A stretch of 64,000 nucleotides of DNA from NCBI GenBank assembly GCA_001642005.1, contig LWCA01000006.1, positions 1 to 64,000 on the forward strand, given 5' to 3'. The translations under genes were made by a program, and so were the position numbers. The DNA comes from Intoshia linei. Lineage: Eukaryota > Animalia > Orthonectida. Positions 56,830-64,000 of this stretch are shown piece after piece (position 1 is the first letter of the stretch; the number at the start of each line of letters is the position of its first letter). A model generated the notes under the pieces. The model was not told the origin of the DNA, ran no database searches, and saw nothing but the letters and a program-made list of their open reading frames with translations.

Positions 56830-59800
56830 TTATGCACTGGAATTTTGGAGATCTCTTTTCACTTTGTTTCGGACGAGTGGTGTACTAGTAAATTTTAGAA
56901 TTGTGGGATTTTGTGGTCTTTGTTGATTCATAGGTTGTGAATGTGAACCAGATGCGTTTGAAACGTGTTCTGAATTGTTTATTTCGCTTATCAAACTGAG
57001 AGGAGAAGTTCGAGAATACGTTAGTGGAGTTCCTTCAACATTGTACACGATATGTGAATCTTCAATAGATCTAATAATAACAATACATTTAATTTAAAAT
57101 TTAAAAAATATAACTTACTCTAAATAAGGAACACGGGAAAAGTTGTATTTGGGAGAGTTGGCCCGAGATCTACAAGTGGGAGTACCTTCAACAGCATAAT
57201 TGACCGTTTTATCCTTATCTTCTGGTTTCTTAAAAGTGTGACAAACACTGTTTTTTGACAAATACATGACAGGAGAACGAGCAGAAGGTGAATCCTCTAC
57301 TGCATATGTGCGCATAACATCAGTTTCACCCAATGCACCTTTACTGGTAAGTGTGACGTCTCCATATCTATTATTATTATCTTTATATTTTATGCGACAA
57401 TCGCTAGGCGAATCTGGCAAATCGCTATATGCAATTGAAGATTCTGCCATATGAGTACTAAAAACGGAAGAAGGTGCTTTACTGTTCACTTCGAGGTTAC
57501 TTAAGGATTCTGGCGTACTTTGCCTGCTATATATCAGAGGTGTTTCATTAAAATTTTCATTATTTGTGAGTTCATATATAAACTGAGTCGATTGAGATTC
57601 GCCTGTCTTCATAGGTTTATAAATATTTCTTAGGCTATAATCCAAAGGCTTATCTTGTGAAGAAGGCAACCTAAGGCGTTCTTTAGATTTAGTATTGATT
57701 GGATTAGTTTCATAAATTTTTTGAGGTGAATTTGGTTGAATTTGATCTAAATATTTAAAATTAATTGGTCGACCGATATATTTGAAATTTTGATTTCTTT
57801 TTAAAATTGAATTGTTTTTTAATTTTAATATAGGAAATTACTGCAAATATTAAAAAAATGACACGTGGAGAAAGTTGTTTAATGGAAACAACTTAACTGA
57901 TTTAAATTAATCAATTATTTCCAATAGTTACTTTTCAAATTGTCATAGAGGTTTGTGAAAATTAATTTTTCCTTCAGGGGTTTGTAAAAATATATTTTTT
58001 GCTTAAGGATTGTTAAAACTGAATTTTTCCTTTCAGGGTTGGTAAATCTGGAATTTTCACTTGAGGGTTTGTGAAAATTAATTTTTCACTTAGTGGTTTG
58101 TAAAATTTAAATTTTCCTTTTAGGATTCGTAAAACCGGATTTTTAATAAAAATGGTTGGATTTAAGTAGACCCTTTTAAAAACTATCCGAAATTTAATGT
58201 TTTTTTAAATACTAGGACATTTTTTCATTTTTCAAACAAAGCTAATTGTGGGTTTGAACTAGGAAATAATATCCGATTAATCAATTAAAATGTTTTGAAA
58301 ATGCGAATTTAAAAATTGCGAAGGAATAAATTATATAGATTTTCACCCATATTTTTTATTGGAAATGTGTAGACGTTCAATGAACATTTTTTTTTAAAAT
58401 TGTAGGATCAATATTTACATTTTCAATTTTTATTTTAATTATAATATATATAAAAAATTATTTTTCACCAGGAATACGTAGATTTCTGGGATTAAAATTT
58501 TGTATTTATATCAACTAAAATAAGCTCTATCAGAATAATCTTTTTTTTAAATTCTCCAACTCGTTTAATTTTCAAAAAAAAGGACAATCGGGGTTTTTGA
58601 TCCGTAAGATGTGAGTTTGGGATGTTAAAATATATTTTGCGAACACCCCCGCTAAAAACTGTAATTGAAATGTGGACTTTATAAAATTCTAAAACGGGTA
58701 GTTATTTAAATAAAGTGGAACACACATATACACAAACAAAAATAGCGTAGCATATTATATAAGGATTATTGGTTTTTATGTTAAAAATTTTAAATTCCGA
58801 TTAATCGGATAATCGTTGTTCAAATAACCGGAATTATTCGATAACCAGTTTTTCAAATTTTTGAATAATCAGGACTCCATAGTTTGAACCATGAAATGTA
58901 AGTTTCTGAGGATGAGATTTATCATAATTTTAAAGATTTAAAAACTATCCAATAATTTATGTTTTTTTAATTCTAGGACTATTTTTATGATAAAAAAAAT
59001 TATTTCGGTTTTGCCCCTGAATTTTTCAATTTCAGAAAATGAAATTTACAATATAACATCATTCTCAATTATATATTAGAAACTAGGTTTTCTAAATTCT
59101 AGGACTCTTAATTTTGTAATTAAACGGTAAAACACACAAACAGATTCATTTTTATAAAAGTAGAAGATCAGATGAAGAAATTTAGGCAGTTTCATTTTTT
59201 AGAAAATTAATCAAAATGATAAAATTTTATTAAATTCTGTGAAACGGATTCTAAGGTGGGGTTATTAAAAAATTTTAAAGATGTAAAACATGGATGTAAA
59301 TATTCATTTTTTTCGTGCTGTACTGCAAAATGTATCATGAATTGTTGTTAATGCCATGAGATAAAAGAGCTTGAAAAATGCTGACTTAGAGATTTATAAA
59401 ATAACGAAAAAACGTTCAAACTTGTAGCACCCGCATAAAAATATGTTTTTTTAAATAAAAAATTACTATCTTTCACAAAAGTATTTAAATTTTTGATGGC
59501 TTGACTAGAAGAAATGCAAATAGCTTCATCATCTGTACATTTAATAATTTGTTTCAAGACTGTAATAGCAGATAAATCGACCAACAAAGATTTATTTGAA
59601 TCGATTCTCCCTGAAATGTTCCATAAAATGCCACACAAGTTGCGTATAAGCTGAAAGTATTTATTGAGAGAATGGCGATTAAATTTGTTAATTTTGGGTT
59701 GATGTGTGACAAAGTATTTCAAATCATTTATAACAATTTCCAAGCATTGAGATTTCCTGAGAATACAACTATAAGTTTCATTTTTGGCAATAGTACTTGA

Positions 59801-61048
59801 AACATTTCTCAGTACATAAGTTGCCAAAATTGATTGTTTTTGTTTACGTATACAGTCCACGAGAAATGGAATTAAATTAGAATCTGAACAGATTCGTTTT
59901 TTAGAAGAAGTTCCGTGAGCTGAAAGGTTTTGAAGAGACGAAAGAGCAACACTAATACATTTAGTATCCGTACACTTGTAGATTGTGCCAGTTATAGATT
60001 CAATTATCCCTGATTTTAAAATATTTTTTTTTGCAGTTATATCAGATTTTAAGGCTAAATTATTAATCAATAAACAAGCCATTTGCATAAGAGATTCATT
60101 TTTATTATATTCAATTTGCTTTCTTAAACCAAGAAGCCATTCTGCACGGGAACAAAAATTGGATTTATGATGTGGGTTCATATGAGTGACGTTGGCTAAA
60201 ATTGCACAAGCATTTCTTCTAACAAGTAAATTTTGTTCGTCTTTATTCGGTTGAAACAGGTACATAAAATTTGCCACACTTTGTAAACCTCCAAGTAGAG
60301 AAATTGCTTCACAGTAATTTGCCTGGTAGGATAACTTCATCAAGGTGTGAACTACACTGGAAGGATCGTCTTCAAGTGTTTCTTCCAGGCTCGTGTCTGC
60401 AGTTTCCAATAAATATAAAGATTTATTGACATCAGAATTTAACGCTTTTTTATTCAATTTACTCGACTTGAATTTTTCCTTTCTTTTTAAATGCTGTAAA
60501 TATTCACAATAACATGTAATTTGGTCTATTAATTGCAATACACGAATTTCGTAATTGTTATCTTTTCTGAAATTGATGATATTGTGTAGAGTTCTAGACG
60601 ATCTTCGGCTTAATTCTACATTATCTTCCTCGTTATAAATCATGTCTACCAATTTAGGGATACAACCAGCCTCCCTAAGTAATAAACATTGATTTTGAGA
60701 TGAACTTAAGGTTAATAAAATCTTACTTAATTGGTTCATATCCTGATAACCGAGAATACTGAGAATAAAGAAAATTAATCTGTCTTGGTGCGAATCAAAT
60801 TTACTTTTTGCCACAATCGTTTTATCAAAATCAATGTTATAGCTTTTTTCGTTTTTTATAGACAGGTTTTGAAACGAAGTCAAATCAGATGGTGCTAATC
60901 CAAAATGTTCTTCATTTTCACCAAGTATACATCCTGATCTATAAGAGAATACTGAAGAAAAATCTTCGAAATCGCTTGAATCGGAACTCACACATTTTTT
61001 GTCTAGTGCTTTTCCTGAATGTGTATTTTGGTATATTTCTCTCCCCAT
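56830..61048 (-). CDS. APC: Adenomatous polyposis coli homologue, ~816 aa (exons 61048-59467, 57746-57119, 57070-56830)
   Basis: APC armadillo region (LREAGCIPKLV, EIRVLQLIDQITCYC, LQNLSAH, CGILWNIS), 15-aa repeat DKPLDYSL, 20-aa repeats (ETPLIYSRQSTPESLS, YAVEGTP, YNVEGTPLTYSRTSPLS) and region B/CID SDLPDSP. Confidence 0.93.
57950..58175 (-). repeat. ~29-bp tandem repeat array in APC intron, same family as 24245-24665
   Basis: Repeated TTTTCCTT(C/A)AGGGTTTGTAAAA units followed by AAAATGGTTGGATTTAAGTA, which is also seen at 24849. Confidence 0.75.
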
Positions 61049-61449
61049 AAATTTAAATTTTCATATTTTAAATGTACAATAAACTAAACAATTTAACTCC
61101 ATCTCTATGATTATTCCAGATTACGCGCCATTTATCGTTTTATTTTTAACATTTGCGAAATAGACTTTTGTAACAATAAATATAAGTAATTTTGACAATA
61201 TTGATAAATCGAGTCGTAAAATTACAGTTAGGTTGAACTTGAAAAATTACCGATATCTTTTGAAATTGAATCATTTGTTAATTAGTTTATCATCACAAAT
61301 TGCAGTATTAATTCTTAATTCTAAGATTTTTTGTTTCTATTTACATTACTGTATTTATTAATTTTATCTTAGTTGTTTATGCATTAAGTGGTTCTCAATG
61401 TGGGCGTTAGCGCCCTCAAGGGAGTTTTCAAAATTTAGGGGCGCTGCAA

Positions 61450-62151
61450 TCAAAATTGTAAGATCAATATTTACATTTTTATTTTAATCGAAATATTTCA
61501 AAAATTTTAGTTGATAATATATTAAAAATTATCTTTCACCGGGAATGCGCAGATTTCTTGGGTTGCAATTTTGTATTTATATCAACTGGAATAAACTCTA
61601 TCAGAATAATCTTTTTTTTAATTTTCGGAATATTTATTATTTCACATTTTTTGTTTTAATAAAATATTTCGGAAAAAAAATATATGAATATTAAATGCTT
61701 GTTTTGACCGTGAAGTCGTCACTTATTCGGATTGAAATTTTTTATATGTGCTAACAGGATACAAATGTTTAATTAAATGATACCTGTAAATTTTTTGAAA
61801 TTCTAGGGCTGTTTTCATTAAAAAGAGAAAGGTAATTTGGGGTTTTGGCCCTGAAGATATAATTTTTTTAAATTTAAATTTATGATAATGTTTATGATTT
61901 TTAAATCCGCATCAGCTTATATATTGTTTTAAATTCTCCAACTCGTTTGATTTTTAAATCGAGAGACAACAGGGGTTTTTGACCCGTAAGATGTGAAATT
62001 GGGAGGTTGAAAATTATCTTATTATACGTCCCGGAAAAAACTGTAATTGAAATGTGGTCTTTAAAAAATTTTAAAGGTGGTAGTTATTTCAATAAAGTGG
62101 AACATACACATAGACACAATCAAAAATCTTAGCCTTTTATATAAGTTAGGA
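61450..62151 (-). mobile_element. Longest copy of the Helitron-like dispersed repeat
   Basis: Colinear with 90-415, 32224-32675 and 58400-58765; terminus TTATATAAGTTAGGA. Confidence 0.65.
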
Positions 62152-62553
62152 TAGTATACACAGAAAGTGAAAGAGTAAAATGGCAAGCGTCTCTGATCAA
62201 AATTCTCCAAATTATTTTTTATTTCAGTGTAAACATAAAACTGTTATACGCGACTTTATCCGATTCTTCACCATAATATTTCAAAAAAAAGTACTAAAAT
62301 TCACACGACTAGTAGACGACAATCTTTAGAAAAATTGAAAATTTACCATCATTTCAACATTGCATTTTATATCATCCCCAATATTCTGTTGAAAAGTATA
62401 AAATTAAAGAAAATATCCCATTTCTGAGAACCCAAAAGTCCGCAAGCCCACAAGATTAATAGATTTAGTTTGGTGTATCCTCGTATAACGAACCGATTTA
62501 AACATAAAATATAACATAAATAATAATCAGTGACGTCATATTTATTTAAATAT

Positions 62554-63518
62554 TTAAATATTCATTAAATTGTTGGCTTCGTCCATGTTGATATCATAAT
62601 TTGGTTCATTGTTCATCTTGTAAAATTGTGATCGCTTATAAATGTACAATTTTCTTTGAATGTATTTACGGCTAATGAGACCAGAAAAGAATATTACAAT
62701 GCATATAATAAATATTGTAAGAATTACATATACAGCTTTTGAACTACCCTAAATTTACAATTAAAATCGATGAAATTCATATAAATTGACTAATTACTTA
62801 ATTTGTAGTCACGCAACTTTTTTGTTCACTTTACGAATTGTTTCAACTCAACCATTAGTACCCCTTAAGAAAAATTATCATTATGAATGAATATTTAAAA
62901 AAACTACAGCTTAAAATAAATTCCAATTTCTCATTTTACAGTTATTTTAGGATCTCGTACACGAATAAATAAAAATGTGATAAAAAATATTTTAAAACGT
63001 ATTCATGTATACACTCTATTATAATCACTGTTAACCGAGGTCAAACATTTATTTAACACTTCCGAATTGTTAATGAATATAATTGTTTACTGTATCTGGA
63101 ATAGTTTTAATTTTAGTCAAACTTTTATTCAATTCTTTCTTTAAAGTATTCTCAACTTTTATCAATTTTTTAATCTTTTCTTTTGTTTCTTCCTTTTCTT
63201 CAAGTGTCAAGTCTTCCTTCGCTTGCCAATTCATTAATGTCTAAACGATTTTTATAAACATTAATTTATTTTAACGTTTATTTTCCCTCTAACGTAATCA
63301 ACAAGTTGATATAATCCAACAACATTTGATACTTTGTTTGTTGCGTGTGATATATCGGTAGGAACATAATTGTAAAGAAAATTCAAATAACTTTCTGATG
63401 TAGTGTCATTTATCGTTAGGGCGCACTTTATTTGAATAAATAACAGTATAACTAAAAAGTAATTAATATTAGTAAAATGTCTCCAACCATAGACGCTCCT
63501 GAAATATATATTTTTCAT
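62554..63518 (-). CDS. Orphan single-pass type I membrane protein, ~195 aa (exons 63518-63276, 63240-63091, 62748-62554)
   Basis: Signal-like segment YFLVILLFIQIKCA, coiled-coil exon, TM segment VYVILTIFIICIVIFFSGLI followed by RK, and a short Tyr-rich tail. All introns are phase 0 GT-AG. Confidence 0.65.
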
Positions 63519-64000
63519 TGATTTAATATTTGCTTGTATAATGTAAATATTGTAAAAACTTTAGTATATAATATCCTTACATGTATAAAATGCTTTGTTT
63601 GTCTGTGTGTGTTATCGTTTATTTCAATAACTACGCGTCTTAGAATTTTATAAAGTCCACAATGAATCATCAGTGATGATATAATTAATGAGAGTTTTGT
63701 TGTTGTTTATCGTAAACAAGTTTATCATATCTGGTTTTGTTTGAGATAAACCAACTCTTTTAGTGTTTTAGGTACCAGTTGACAAGGTGTCAGTATAAAT
63801 AATGGATTATCAGTAGTTAAATTGGAAGGGCAATAAAAAAATCATTTTGTCAGTACTTTAAATATACTGTCAGTATTTAAATTGAATGTTCTGTATAAAT
63901 TGAAACTGACTTAAAATGCTTTTGTAAAATATATTATAATACTCTATCGATGTTTCCATTAATGGTTGGTAAAAGTGGATTATTCCCTTAAGGGTAGGTA

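Noticed and set aside
59348-59466. APC ORF appearing to end at 59348 as a 566-aa Arm-only protein
   Set aside because: A GTAATT donor at 59466 splices in phase to 57746, joining the beta-catenin-binding repeats.

Overview
Very AT-rich eukaryotic (metazoan) genomic DNA. Most introns are tiny (33-50 bp), genes are closely packed, proteins are fast-evolving, and there is much DNA-transposon debris. This architecture suggests a reduced parasite such as an orthonectid (Intoshia-like); that is an inference, not a lookup. Manual splicing gives these genes in order: a small secreted/neuropeptide-like gene (+), DOHH (-), a divergent tektin (+), ULK4 pseudokinase (-), MTHFS (+), PRELID1 (-), LIAS (+), beta-spectrin (+), an N-acylated globin (+), MED26 (+), a truncated talin (+), a minimal APC (-) and an orphan type-I membrane protein (-). 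Mobile DNA includes Tc1/mariner, hAT (two copies with intact TIRs and 8-bp TSDs), piggyBac, Helitron and a probable Chapaev-like remnant. The most notable observations are a membrane-targeted globin that appears to lack both haem-ligand histidines, a ~650-aa head-plus-R1 mini-talin lying tail-to-tail with an ~816-aa SAMP-less APC, and a candidate -DYDF-amide peptide precursor. Exon boundaries were read by eye and need RNA-seq confirmation.
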